A stretch of 64,000 bases of DNA, from NCBI GenBank assembly GCA_964016885.1, contig OZ024740.1, positions 212,784,001 through 212,848,000 on the forward strand, read 5' to 3'. This DNA comes from Eledone cirrhosa (lineage: Eukaryota). The first letter of the stretch is position 1, and each line of letters opens with the position of its first letter. The position numbers were made by a program, and so were the translations under genes. Positions 48,794-60,660 of the stretch are shown in pieces. The notes beneath the pieces are model-generated. The model made no database searches and had not been told where the DNA came from. It saw nothing but the letters and a program-made list of their open reading frames with translations.

Positions 48794-51700
48794 ATGGCCG
48801 TATTAAGAGTAAGATGTTTAAATGTTCGAGACCTGGGATCGTCCTGGAAGCAGGGTCACCTGCTCAATGACCTCAGGTCTCTAGAAATGGGTGTAATTGC
48901 CGTCAGCGAGACCAGGATTTCCGACACGCACGCACTAGCCCCCATTTTCGACGACTATCAGATCTTTGCATCTGTTAGCCGGCCGGGAATGGGAGGCGGG
49001 GTGGCAGTGCTGTTTAGGAAAGGCCTGGATCTCGAGGTAAGGTCGATCTTCCGGGACACGGACGGGAAGTTGGTGGTCCTGGACGTGAACAATAATGAAG
49101 GTGGTGCCTTTAGACTGGTGGCCGTCTATGCTCCTACTGGGGAAGGATGGCCGGACTTCTTTAGACGCCTGGAAGCCTTTCTGGGTACGTCTCGCCCTTT
49201 ACTGTTAGCGGGGGACTGGAACGGCATCTTAGACGCACGCTGGGACTGTGTTGGAGTATCCGATAGGAGCGGGGGGTGCAAAAGCCTCAAGAACCTGATC
49301 AGCCAGTTCCAACTGTCTGACAGGTACCGAGTAGATTTCCCTAATGCGCCAGTGTGGACCTGAGCTAACCGCATAGGGTCATCTAGATCGTATATAGACA
49401 GGATATTCATTAGGAAAATAGACAGAAATAGTGTAAGCTGTCCACGTTTTGAAACGGTTGCCTATTCAGATCACAAGTTTGTGATCTGTATGGTCGACCT
49501 AGATAAGACGCGTAGGTTAGGACCTGGTTACTGGAAGCTAAACATGTCATTTCCGGCACGTAAGGCTTACAGGGACCAGGTCAACAATTTAGTTAAGAAA
49601 AAGTTGACAGGGGGAATCGTCAATAATAGATGGTGGGAGGCTCTCAAAAGAGAGATTAGAGTAATGTCGATAGAGTTTAGCAAAGAAGTAGCATTAGAGA
49701 AAAATAGAAAGGAGGGGGAGTTGGTAGATAAGTTAGACGAGGCTATTGGTAGTGGCATTGCAACTGATGTGCTAGCGGCGAGAAAGGCATTAGACCATTT
49801 CTTCAATGCGAAACCCGAAGGTTGCATTGTCAGAGCTAAGGCGCGTGCTCTGAGAAACGAGGGAACCAAAGCTGTTCGATGGGCCAGCGTGGCAGAGGCG
49901 CAGCGTGGTAAGAAAACCACGATTCGGTCTTTGACGGACCGAGACGGACACGAGCTGAACGATTCCAAGCGGATGTGTGAGGCCTTTCGCCAACATTTTG
50001 CTGGGTTGTTCGGGGGAAGTGGCGGGTCAGAGATGGTGGCGGACTTCAGTCCCTACCTCGATGGCTTGCCGCAACTCTCGACGGCTGGCGCTGGGCGCTG
50101 CGAAAGGCCAATTACTTCAGCCGAGATTCAGGATACCCTTGTCGGCTGCATGAGGCGCAAGTCACCCGGTTTGGATGGTCTGCCCTACGAGCTTTACGTA
50201 AATATGCCAGACTTGTTCTCCAATCTCCGCGAAGCCCTCTACTGCAACTGGCAGCAAAACGGGAGTATTCCCAGTTCTGTGAGCCGGGGCCTAGTGACGC
50301 TGATAAGGAAAGACGAGAACAAGAGGTACACATTAGACAATTTCAGGCCCATAACTCTGCTCAACACAGAGTTTAAGATTTTGGCCAGGGTGTTAACGAA
50401 GAGGTTGGCGCTTGTCGTCGGGGATTTGGTTGGGGAGGTGCAAACTTGCGCAATCCCAACCAGCTCCATACACGACAACCTCCACCTAATGCGATACATC
50501 ATAGAGAGGGTAGGGTGTAAACCTGGCTTTGGTGGGGCTCTGATCAATTTAGATCAATCAAAAGCATTCGATAGGGTCGACCATCGGTACCTGGAGGCTG
50601 TCCTCAAGGCGGCTGGCTTCGGCCCCGTCCTCAGAAGCTGGATCGCTGCAATGCACAGCGGCACCTGCTCGATGGTCAAAATTAATGGCCACCTCTCGGA
50701 ACCGTTTCAGGTCTCCCGATCGGTCTGTCAAGGGTGCCCTCTCTCATCCCTTCTGTACGTATTGACTCTCGAGCCTTTACTGCGGAAGCTGGAGCTGTTG
50801 CAGGGCATCCCGCTCGAACCGGGACGCGGAGAGGCTGTGTCGGCTTATGCGGACGACATCACCGTGATGGTGTCGGACACCTCAGAAATCGAGGTGGTTG
50901 GCAACTTATTGGAGGAATATGAAAGGTTGACGGGAGCAAAAGTTAACCCGGAAAAGTCAGTGGGCTTGCAACTCGGTACCTGGAGAGGCAAGTCCATGCC
51001 GTCCAACAACGTCGTTAGGCGCTGAACGGACGGACCGGTAAAGTTGCCACGGCTTTGGTTCGGGCCAGACCTCCAGGGGGATAAGAATTGGGACGAGGTG
51101 ACGGGCAGGGTAGTCAGTCTCACCCAGAAATGGGCTGGGATGAAGCTATCACTGAAAGGTCGAGCGGAGGTGGCGAACGCGTACATCGCGTCCGTCATCT
51201 ACTACCGTCTGACTGTCGTCCCTTGCCCCCGTTCGCGCCTCGCCATCTTGTGGAGGGGTCAGGTTCCGCTGGTGAGGCGGTCCATCTGCTGCCAGCACCC
51301 TCTACGTGGAGGGCTGGGCATGCCGTGGCTAATGATGCGCAGGCATGCGCTGAGGCTGCAGCATCTCCAGATATTCTGCCTAAACGGTGAAATGGTGTGG
51401 TCGCCGTTTGTCAGACGGGCCTTTCCGCAGCTCGTTTCTTTGACTGAGTTGCAGTCCTGGGTCAAGAAGAGACCGAGACTGGGTGACTGGCATCTGGAAT
51501 GTTGCCAGGCACTCACTGCTCTCTACCAGGCGGGCAATGCGGTCAGTGGAACTTCCATTCTCGAGTTCTATAGAGGATTAGTGGTGGGCAAGTGCGACGA
51601 CGAACTCAGAGAGGCTCTGGGAGTCAACGAAGTCGAACTAACCAGTCTGTACCGGAGGAATTTCGAGCCGAGGACGATGGATAATTTCCCAAAATCCCTC

Positions 51701-52194
51701 GCTTGGCAGTGCTACCGGGGGGGGTACTGCCGGTTCGAGATAAACTCTACAGGCACGGAAGTGCTGTCAGACGGACCTGCCCGAGATGCGCGCAGAGCGA
51801 CGAAACCGTTCTGCACGCACTCGTCCAGTGTCCGTGCATTACTGACTTGTGGAGTTATGTTGAACAGCTCTTGTCGCGTGTAGAACGGATCCGGCTATCG
51901 GCCGAGTCCATAGTGAAGATCGACCCGCCGCCTTCTTTTGGCCACGAAGGGCAGGCAATTTTTCTCTGTCTGGTGGCAGTAGCGAAAGAGGTTGTATGGT
52001 GGACGAGGTTGAAAGGACTGAAGACAGACACTTTTCTCTTCGGCCAATCCCTTATCAACTTTTTCAAGTTTCACTTGGAAAGGAAGGTGAGGGTGGAGAG
52101 AGAAGCGCTGCCCCCCAGTACATTTGCTGAAAGGTGGGTGAATGTGGCGAGAATGGCCCGTGTGAGTGGGCCTACTCTGGTCATGCGGCTGTAG
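48794..52194 (+). pseudogene. Tx1 copy A ORF2 (APE endonuclease, reverse transcriptase, C-terminal zinc finger) with stops and a frameshift
   Basis: LNVRDL, SET, VYAP, GDWN, YIDRIF, SDH, YWKLN; KSPGLDGLP, NFRPITLLNTEFKILA, LDQSKAFDRVDH, QGCPLS, AYADDIT; CPRC..SDETVLHALVQC. TGA at W codons (49361, 51023). Confidence 0.95.
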
Positions 52195-52492
52195 GTAGGT
52201 AAATTTGAAGAGGAGAGGGGTGCCCTTCTAGGGTGCTCTCGAAGCGTCGGGTCGTTCAGGATTGGTGGGGTACCTGAGGGAACTCTAAGTGGTCATCCCC
52301 CCTATTGGGGAATTTTTTCTTTTTGTAATTTTATTGTTACTTTATTGTTACTTTGTTATTGTTACTTTGTTGTTGTTATTCATATTATTTACTCGATTTT
52401 TCTGTAAAACCCCACTGTCCCAGTCTTTTGTGTTGTCCCCTATATGTCGGCCCTTGTGTCAATAAATGAAATCATTATTATTATTATTATTA

Positions 52493-53297
52493 CAGCTGCA
52501 TTTATCTTGCTTTATGTTCATACGAGTTATCGCCAAGTCACAACCAGTGACCTCAAGAGACAACAAGGTCCTCCATGTTCAAGAAAGAACATACTCACAC
52601 ATGCATCTTTAGGTGTTTAGACTTGTGATGTACTTATATTGACAGAATCTTCCTTAGTATATGGGCAGTTCCCATTAGTACTATCTTTTGTATTTCTCCT
52701 ATACGCGGGTTTCCTGGGATTTCCGATAAGTAATCATTAGACCCCTTAGGTATCATTCCTAGAGCGCCTACAACCACTGGTATTGTTTTAGTTCTCAATT
52801 TCCACATTTTTCCAATTTCTATCTCCAGGTCCTTATACTTGCTCAATTTTTCAAATATTTTTATAGATACATTCTTGTCTATTGGAACGGACATATCAAT
52901 TAGCAGGCATACCCCTTTTTTAAAGTCCTTCAGTATTATATCAGGTCTATTTGCATCTATTTTTCGGTTTGGATGCTAAAGTTCCACAAGATTGAGATGT
53001 GATCTTTTTCAAGTATGGGAGGTGGTTGATGCTCCCACCAATTCTTTTGATGGGACAGGTCAAAATGCTTACACATTATCCAATGTATGTATTGTGCAGC
53101 TCTGTCATGCCTGTTTAGGTATTCGGTTGGAGCTATAGGACAGCACATTGAAATTATATGATCAATGGTCTCTGGTTGTTTTTTACATACACGGCATAAT
53201 GGGTTGCATCCATTTTTTATTATGTTGGCTTGGTAATTTTTTGTTGGCAGACACTGATCTTGTGCTGATATAATCAGTCCTTCAGTCTCCGATTTCA
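52493..53297 (-). mobile_element. 5'-truncated R4/Dong-like LINE inserted in (TAA)n
   Basis: KSETEGLIISAQDQ...CRVCKKQPETIDHIISMC...RHDRAA..IHW...NRPDII...LIDMSVP...EKLSKYKDL...IPVVVGALG. (TAA)n on both sides. Confidence 0.92.
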
Positions 53298-54033
53298 TTA
53301 TTATTATTATTATTATTATTATTGGCGACCTACGTAGCAAATCGTATCATCGTGAGCTCCGCAAAGGTTTGTTATTTTCAGTTGTTTAAAATTGCCATTC
53401 ATTGTTAACTGTATATAAGTGCACATACATTGTTATCTGAAAAGGACACCCAAAAAAGATTAGGGCCTTAAGGCCAAAATTTAAACTTTTATAATTATCA
53501 AACAAAAAATTTTCTTTGAAAAATCAGGGATGACTCAGATTCATTCCTTCCTCACAAACTAACACCTCACACCGACACGACCATTGTAAATATTACTACG
53601 TTTGCCAACACTAAAAATATAAGCAGTAGCAATATTTTAAATTTGTCTCAGGCAGACATTCATTTCCCGCCATTACCAATGACTGCAAGTGTTAAAGCCC
53701 CCCCCCCCCCACCCACCACCACCACCACCGCGACAACAGAAACAAAAGAAAAAAAATAAATTAACTCGTGATATCGAAATGAATTCAACCAAAATGAACT
53801 CTTCCACACCGAACACCACTGACGCCACCACCACCACAACTGAAACTAAAATTAATAATAACAAAAATAACGATAACAACAACAGCAACAATGACTACTC
53901 TGAGTTTTGCCAGAGTAGCAAAACAGTGCGAAGCATTTCAGGTAACTCAGGAGGAATTAGAAGAAGCCAAAAAAATGGTAAAGAAAGATAGGTACAGGGT
54001 CAGCCTCCCCCCCCCCCCCACACACATAATAAA

Positions 54034-55455
54034 ATGGAGCATCGGCGCCTATGCACCGTGTCTTATCGAACAATTAATATAAAATCGCGCCGAGTGGAAC
54101 GGGCATCCGAGTCCCAAATCAAAATAGCTTTGGGACATGTGCGGGCAAAAAAAACTCACATCAGACGTGGGCAAAAATATGGAACCGTGGACGTATTCTT
54201 TGAAACACCACAGGAGACTAGAGAACACTCCATGGCCCCATTAAGAAGTGACGACTTCACACTCGTTCCAAGCTATTGTGGCCAGAGACTCGTAAAGATC
54301 AGGGTTACCCACGTTCCACCGGCCATCGAAATTCCCTGGCTAATAGCTGCCGTCCTCGCGGGCATCGAAGCCAACACCAAGATAATCGAAATAGCGAAAG
54401 AAAAGCAGGAGAACTGGTCCGGATCAGGGATGGAGCTCCTTATCCAAGCAGACCAAAAAAGCATTGAGGATATCCCAGAGGTAATAGACCTCACTGACGG
54501 CAGCCACCTCACCGTAATTGTCGAGGGCAGAAGGCCTAGGTGTGTCGTTTGTGGTGAAGGAACCCACCTAAGGGCTTTCTGCCCTCAGGCTAAAAGGTTG
54601 AGGCCACCTCTCTTACCCACCCCAGTGACTCAACCATCAACACCACCAGCAGCAGAGATGGCAACAACCACTGTAGCACCAACAAGAGGAGAAACTGTAA
54701 CAGCAACAACCTCAGGAACAGTAGCAAAACCAACACCACCACCACCCAACGCGCCAGAACTAGCACCACCGCCTACACCATCCACCACGCCACAACCAAA
54801 ACTAACGCCTGTGGAGGATTTTCCACTCCCCGGCCTATCACAACTGGAGACAGATTGTGACCACGAGGAGTGGGAAACGGTATCAGGAAAAAAGAAAAAA
54901 AGAAACCAAAAAAGAAAAAATTCTCTTCCCTCCCCGTCCAAAAACAAAATACAGAGGGAAACAAATAAACTATCAAACAAAAGAGTTAGGACAGATATGC
55001 CACCATCTACACCAGCATCACCAACCCCATCACCACAAACACCAACACCATCACCATCATTAACCCCAACACCACCATCACCAACACCACAAAAGTCACC
55101 AAAAAGCGAAACAGAAACAAACCCACAACAAACGCAAACAAAACAAAACAACCAAAACGATACACACTACACAGCATTAAATTTGAACAACCAATTATTA
55201 CACTACATCCAACACAACACCAGCATCACAGAAAAAGACTACACAACAACCCAAAAGTTCACACCACCTCCACACATACAAATCACTCGCATCACACAGA
55301 ATACGTGCACGACACTAAAACAAAAATTCCCCAAAGACATCGGAGACTGCCGACAAACACTCTCCAGGAGGATTTACAAGGACATCCTTCCGGAGGAGGT
55401 TACAAGCAGTGAAAAGGATGGAAAAACCGTCCTTCCCCTACGAGAAGTAAGGTAA
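54034..55455 (+). pseudogene. Tx1 copy B ORF1 (CCHC knuckle); N-terminus frameshifted upstream (~53780-54030)
   Basis: IRRGQKYGTVDVFF, CVVCGEGTHLRAFCPQ, Pro/Thr-rich region, KKKKRNQKRK. Confidence 0.85.
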
Positions 55456-55489
55456 GTGGTCTTTCCCATCTTTTCCACTCCTTTTCAAC

Positions 55490-57439
55490 ATGACCTCACT
55501 CAGAATAGGCAGCATAAATGCGCGTGGTTTGGGGTTGTCATGGAAGCAGGGCCACCTGCTCAACGACCTCAGGTTACTAAACATAGATGTAGTGGCCATC
55601 AGCGAGACCAGAATCTCCGAAGCACGGGCCTTCGCACCGATCTTCGGCGGCTACGATGTGTTCGCATCTCCCAGCCGTCCGGGATCGAGGAGAGGAGTTG
55701 CTGTGCTTTTTCGGAGAGGTTTGGATCTCGCCATACGGGCCATCTTCCTGGACCCAGAAGGTAAGCTGATGGTGCTAGACATGACCAGCGGAGACGGGCA
55801 AGCTTTCAGGCTAGTGGCCGTCTATGCCCCGACAGGAGCAGGGCGGCCTGATTTCTTCCGGCGTCTGGAGACCTTTCTTGGAACGTCCCGCTCTTTAGTG
55901 TTAGTGGGCGACTGGAACGGGATCTTAGATGCACGCTGGGACTGTGTGGGATCAGCGGATAGGGGAGGACGGTGCAAAAGCCTCACCAACCTGCTCAGGC
56001 GTTTTAAACTATCTGACAAGTACCGATTGGATTTCCCGAATGTGCCAATGTGGACTTGGACAAATCTCATAGGGTCATCCAGATCATATCTAGATAGATT
56101 ATTTTGTAGGGAAATAGATAGGTCTAGCATAGGCTGTCCACAATTCAAGATAGTCAGCAACACGGACCACAAATTCGTGATATGTGTGCTTGACTTAGAT
56201 AGGCTTCATAGACGAGGACCCGGCTACTGGAAGCTAAACGCGTCCTTACCAGCGCGCAAGGCCTACAGAGACCGGATTAGCGAACTAGTTAAGCGGGCAT
56301 TGACGGGGGCCATCGTCAACAACAAGTGGTGGTTTGCTCTGAAAAGAGCAATTAGAATAGAGTCCATTAGGTTTAGTAAGGCTTTAGCAATAGAGAAAAA
56401 TAGAGCAGAGGGAGAATTAGTTAGAAAATTAGACGAGGCGCTTAGCAAAAGCATCGCGACCGACATACTTGCGGCGAAATTGGCCCTTGACCAATTCTTC
56501 AATGCAAAGCACGAAGGCTGCGTTGTCAGAGCTAGGGTGCGTGCTCTCAGAGACGAGGGGACGAAAGCCGTTCAATGGGCCCGAGTGGCGGAGGCGCGTC
56601 GTGGCAACAAAGCCACGATCCGGTCTTTGGTGGACCACGACGGGCGCATGCTACTCGATCCCGGGCAAATGTGTGAAGCTTTTCAGCGACACTTCGCACA
56701 GCTGTTCGGGGCCAGCGGCGGGCCGGATCGAGGGATGGACTTTAGTGTCTACTTCGACGTACTGCCGGGGCTCTCGGCCACTGAGGCGGAGTGTTGCGAA
56801 AAGCAGATAACAGCCGCTGAAGTACGGGAGGCAATGACTGGCCGCACAATGGGTAAATCGCCTGGTTTGGATGGTCTGCCCTATGAACTTTACGTACAGA
56901 TGCCAGACTTGTTCGGAGGCCTCTTGGCGGACGTCTACTGCAACTGGCAACAGAACGGGAGAACTCCCAGCTCTGTCAGCCGAGGAGCCGTGGCGCTGCT
57001 GAGAAAGGATCCGAACAAGGGGGATAACATAGATAATTTCAGGCCCATAACTTTGCTAAACACAGAGTTCAAGATTATCGTTGACATGTGGGTTTATGTT
57101 AGACATCTGCTGTCGCGTGTAGTGTGGATCAGGCTATTAGCTGAGTCCATCATGAAGATTACCCCACCGCCCTCCTTTAACCAGGAAGGGCAAGCAGTTT
57201 TATCTGCCCGGTGGCTATGGTGAAAGGGGTTGTATGGTGGACGCGTCTGAAAGGGTTGAAGAGGGCACTTTCCTCTTCGGCGACGCTCTCATTAACGTTT
57301 TCAGTTTTTACCTGAAAAGGAAAATCAGGGTGGAAAGGGAAGTGTAGCTTTCCAGCCAGTTTGTTGAAAGGGGTGGGTAGGAGTGAGAGAAGCAAGAATG
57401 GCCCGTGTGAATGCGCCTACCCGGAGCGTGTGCCTGTAG
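55490..57439 (+). pseudogene. Tx1 copy B ORF2: intact APE domain, RT deleted after NTEFKI and joined to the C-terminal tail
   Basis: SINARGL, SET, VYAP, GDWN, YLDRLF, TDH, YWKLN, KSPGLDGLP, NFRPITLLNTEFKI|IVDMWVYVRHLLSRV. Confidence 0.92.
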
Positions 57440-57727
57440 TATTGAGGGAGGACAACTGGGAGAGGGCGCTTGCCCTAGCAGCCATGGTGACCGTGGTTTT
57501 TTGCGGGCTTTCTCCACGAGTAATCCTTGGAGTCCCCTCACTTTTGGGGAATTTGTTTTTTTTTTGTTTATTTTCTTAATCACTTTTATAAATTTTATTT
57601 TACACAAAAACCCACACTGTATCTTCCTGTACCGTATTTAATGTTTCCTTAATGTGAGCCCTGTATGGCTAATAAAAAAAGCATTCTTATTATTATTATC
57701 ATTATTATTAATAGTAGTAGTAGTATA

Positions 57728-57930
57728 AGGGCGGTGGATTAGCAGTATCGGTAGAGCGTCAGACACCATGCTTTTGCAGCATAGAGTTATGGTCCTTTAC
57801 GTTCTGAGTTTAAATCCTGCTGAGGTCGATAAAATAAAGTACCAGTCACGCACTGGTGTCGATTTAATCGACTTTCCCTGCCCCTAAAATTACTGGCCTT
57901 GTACCTAAATCAGAAATCATTATTATTATT
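57728..57930 (+). mobile_element. tRNA-derived SINE with (ATT)n tail
   Basis: GGGCGGTGGATTAGCAGTATCGGTAGAGCGTC...GAGTTTAAATCC...GGTCGATAAAATAAAGTACCAG...ATTATTATT. Confidence 0.85.
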
Positions 57931-58529
57931 GCTGTCTCAGCAACATCAATCTTACTTGTTTTGAAAATTGTTTGTAGTTGGTGTCAAGTTCGATCGTTAC
58001 AATCCTTTAAAAATTGTTTGTAGTTGGTAATTAAATTGGTGGATTCTTCATTTCTACTCCAACCAAATTGGTGAACTTACAAAGTTATGATATAAAAAAA
58101 AAACAATAAAATAACATGTCCTTTATCTACTTCTTAACAAAGTTGACGATTTCTGAAATTATAAGATATGTATTTGAGTACATATTAAATTGAAATTACT
58201 ACAATGATTCTACTCTCAAACACTGCAATTCATTATGCTCAACTTGACACTATTGAAATTCCATAGTTGTAGAAAACTAGGGCAGAATAATTACTCCGAA
58301 ATATAATTCTTATTTCATCATATTATTGTTGGAATTATTTTATCATTAATTATTATTGTCATAATTTATACCATAAATGTAATACTTCTTTATATACAAT
58401 ATGAGAGAGAGGGGTAGATAGAGATAAAGAGAGAGAGAAAGAGAGAGGGGTAGATAGAGATAAAGAGATAGAGAAAGAGAGAGAGAGTGAGAGGGAGCGT
58501 GTGAGAAAGAGAGAGAGAAACAATAACAT

Positions 58530-59150
58530 CCTTATTAGGCTGGGGGAGTAAACTGCTGATTAAATGTTTGCATTGTCCTTGGATTTTAAATGTGAAATAA
58601 CCATAGCCAGTATGATCTTTTTCAGCTCCAAAGGACGTCATCTGAAATGCAACAATATACCGAATAACATTGCTCCTGAGGTGTTTAGCTTCGTTAGTAC
58701 GGTCTGTAAGTAGTATATGGATAAAAGCTGGAGGATCCTCTATCAGTGGAGGTCTGACCTTTCCTCCTAAGTAACATGCCAAGTGTAATATCCATGCTAC
58801 CAATCGCAACTTTAGGATCATTTCTATAATTTCTCGATGGATCATATGAAAACGCAGCTCTTAGCCAGTTTATTCTGCCTTGAAGAGTCCTTTGTGCCCG
58901 CCGTGTTTGTATCGCAACTCTCATTGCCTCTTGGTGATTTTCATATTCAGCCTCTGTTTGTTGAGGTTGTCTTTATTCTTGCCTTAATCTTTCTGTTTCC
59001 CGTCTCAAGCTCTGTTCACTTTCAGAAAGTTGCGATCGTCTTTCTGTTTCCCGTCTCTGAGTTTCTCTTTCGCTTGGAGATTTCAACCGTTTGGCTGACA
59101 TTGTAACTACAGCGATAGATGAGCGGTATTTTGGTGACATGATGAAATTA
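58530..59150 (-). pseudogene. Helitron RepHel N-terminal remnant
   Basis: Arg/Glu-rich N-terminus, AAFSYDPSRNY....VAIGSM, GGKVRPP, IRY.VAFQMTSFGA, FTFKIQGQ..HLISSLLP. Confidence 0.8.
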
Positions 59151-59271
59151 ATTTTCTTGGAAAATATCGTGAAAAAACGAACAAACAATACAAATCAATA
59201 TAAAAAAATAGATATAAATGCAAATCGCAGCCTTAGAGAATAGGTTGACACTGTCATCTGAATTAGGTCAA

Positions 59272-59335
59272 TAATAATTATTTCTACTTTTGGCACAAGG
59301 CCAGCAATTACCCAGTGCATTACTGGTACTTTATT
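59272..59335 (-). mobile_element. SINE 3' fragment
   Basis: Reverse complement of AAAGTACCAGTAATG.ACTGGGTAATTGCTGGCCTTGTGCCAAAAGTAGAAA.AATTATT. Confidence 0.75.
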
Positions 59336-59519
59336 AGGTCAATAATAATATGACACTATCGTCAAAAAGAAAAATTAATATACACCGTAGATTAATTTCA
59401 AATAGAATCAATTTTTTCTGTGTTCTGTAAAATAGGTTTGTGTTGTAGTTAGTATCACCTAACTTTCAATGACTGCTGTAAAACGACAAACCTACTGATA
59501 CTTTGATCTATTGTGTGAC

Positions 59520-59554
<35 letters not shown>

Positions 59555-59642
59555 ACACACCCACACAAATCTTCACTGACTCAATTAGAGATGCTGTTCG
59601 CGAAACAAAGAACGCGCAGACATCCCTCTCTGTCTCTCTGTC

Positions 59643-59677
<35 letters not shown>

Positions 59678-59680
<3 letters not shown>

Positions 59681-60569
59681 ATATATATTTGTGAAATGGG
59701 TGGTGGTTGAAATTCAGATGTGAACGGTTAAATGGTAGTAGACGTGGTCGGACGGACATGAAAATTTACACACCTAACTTGAAAAATGTGGCCCCTAGAG
59801 CCCCAAACGGTCTATTTACTATCGCGTTCGGTGAGTTATTTCCCCTTGTTCTATTACTTGGATTAGTTATTTACAATTTCATACAAATTTTTAAACTCAT
59901 CAACGTTCTTTCGCTGTTAACATACAGTACCAATAATTTGAAAAATATTATTGAAAGTTTATTATAAAGAAGCAGTTTCAGGAAAAAAAATAGAAATATG
60001 CACTTGGGGCTGGACGGCGTACAATGAGAAGTGGAGCGACGTGAAAAGCGTTGTTTATTAACAGCGAAATAGCAATGTCGATGATATGCAAGTTTGAAAA
60101 TGCAGACTAATAAACTGTTGCCTTCTACAGTACGTTTCATTATCATTTTTATGCATTTTTAAACTTGCATATCATCGACATTTCTATTTCGCTGTTAATA
60201 AACTATCATCCGTCTACATTTAACGATCATACAGTACCGTTTTATGAAATCGATTCTGCAGTACGGTCACTGTTTTCCATCAAAAATATAAAACCCTTAA
60301 ATTGCGAAGAAGGAACGCGGTTTTTATTTTAATTCTAATACATGTTAACCACCACTAACAGTAAGTAGTATTTTTCAAATTGCATATCATCGACATTGCT
60401 ATTTCGCTGTTAATAAACAACGCTTTTCACGTCGCTCCACTTCTCATTGTACGCCGTCCAGCCCCAAGTGCATATTTCTATTATTTTTACCTGAAACTGC
60501 TTCTTTATAATAAACTTTCAATAATATTTTTCAAATTATTAACTTAATAAAAAGTGGCCTCAGCTGCTA

Positions 60570-60570
<1 letters not shown>
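59678..60570 (+). mobile_element. Probable non-autonomous Helitron with internal ~170-bp inverted repeats (59932-60100 / 60370-60540)
   Basis: CTAATATATA start and CTAG|T end at 60567-60571. The inverted arms are directly visible, with a third partial arm at 60153-60204. Confidence 0.55.

Positions 60571-60654
<84 letters not shown>

Positions 60655-60660
<6 letters not shown>

Larger units (their letters stand above)
46548..52473 (+). mobile_element. Near full-length Tx1/L1-clade LINE (copy A), ~5.9 kb, flanked by (ATT)n
   Basis: 5' UTR starting GG after (ATT)n, ORF1, ORF2 (APE + RT + zinc finger), AATAAA at 52461, then (ATT)n. Confidence 0.93.
53324..57687 (+). mobile_element. Tx1/L1-clade LINE (copy B, divergent subfamily) with ~1.45-kb internal deletion of RT, flanked by (ATT)n
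   Basis: Starts GG after (ATT)n; ORF1 and ORF2 are homologous to copy A; AATAAA at 57671, then TTATTATT. Confidence 0.92.

Noticed and set aside
49361-51025. In-frame TGA codons in Tx1 ORF2 as recoding (selenocysteine or readthrough)
   Set aside because: Both replace Trp (TGG in the homologous copies), so they are ordinary G>A decay; the element also has frameshifts.
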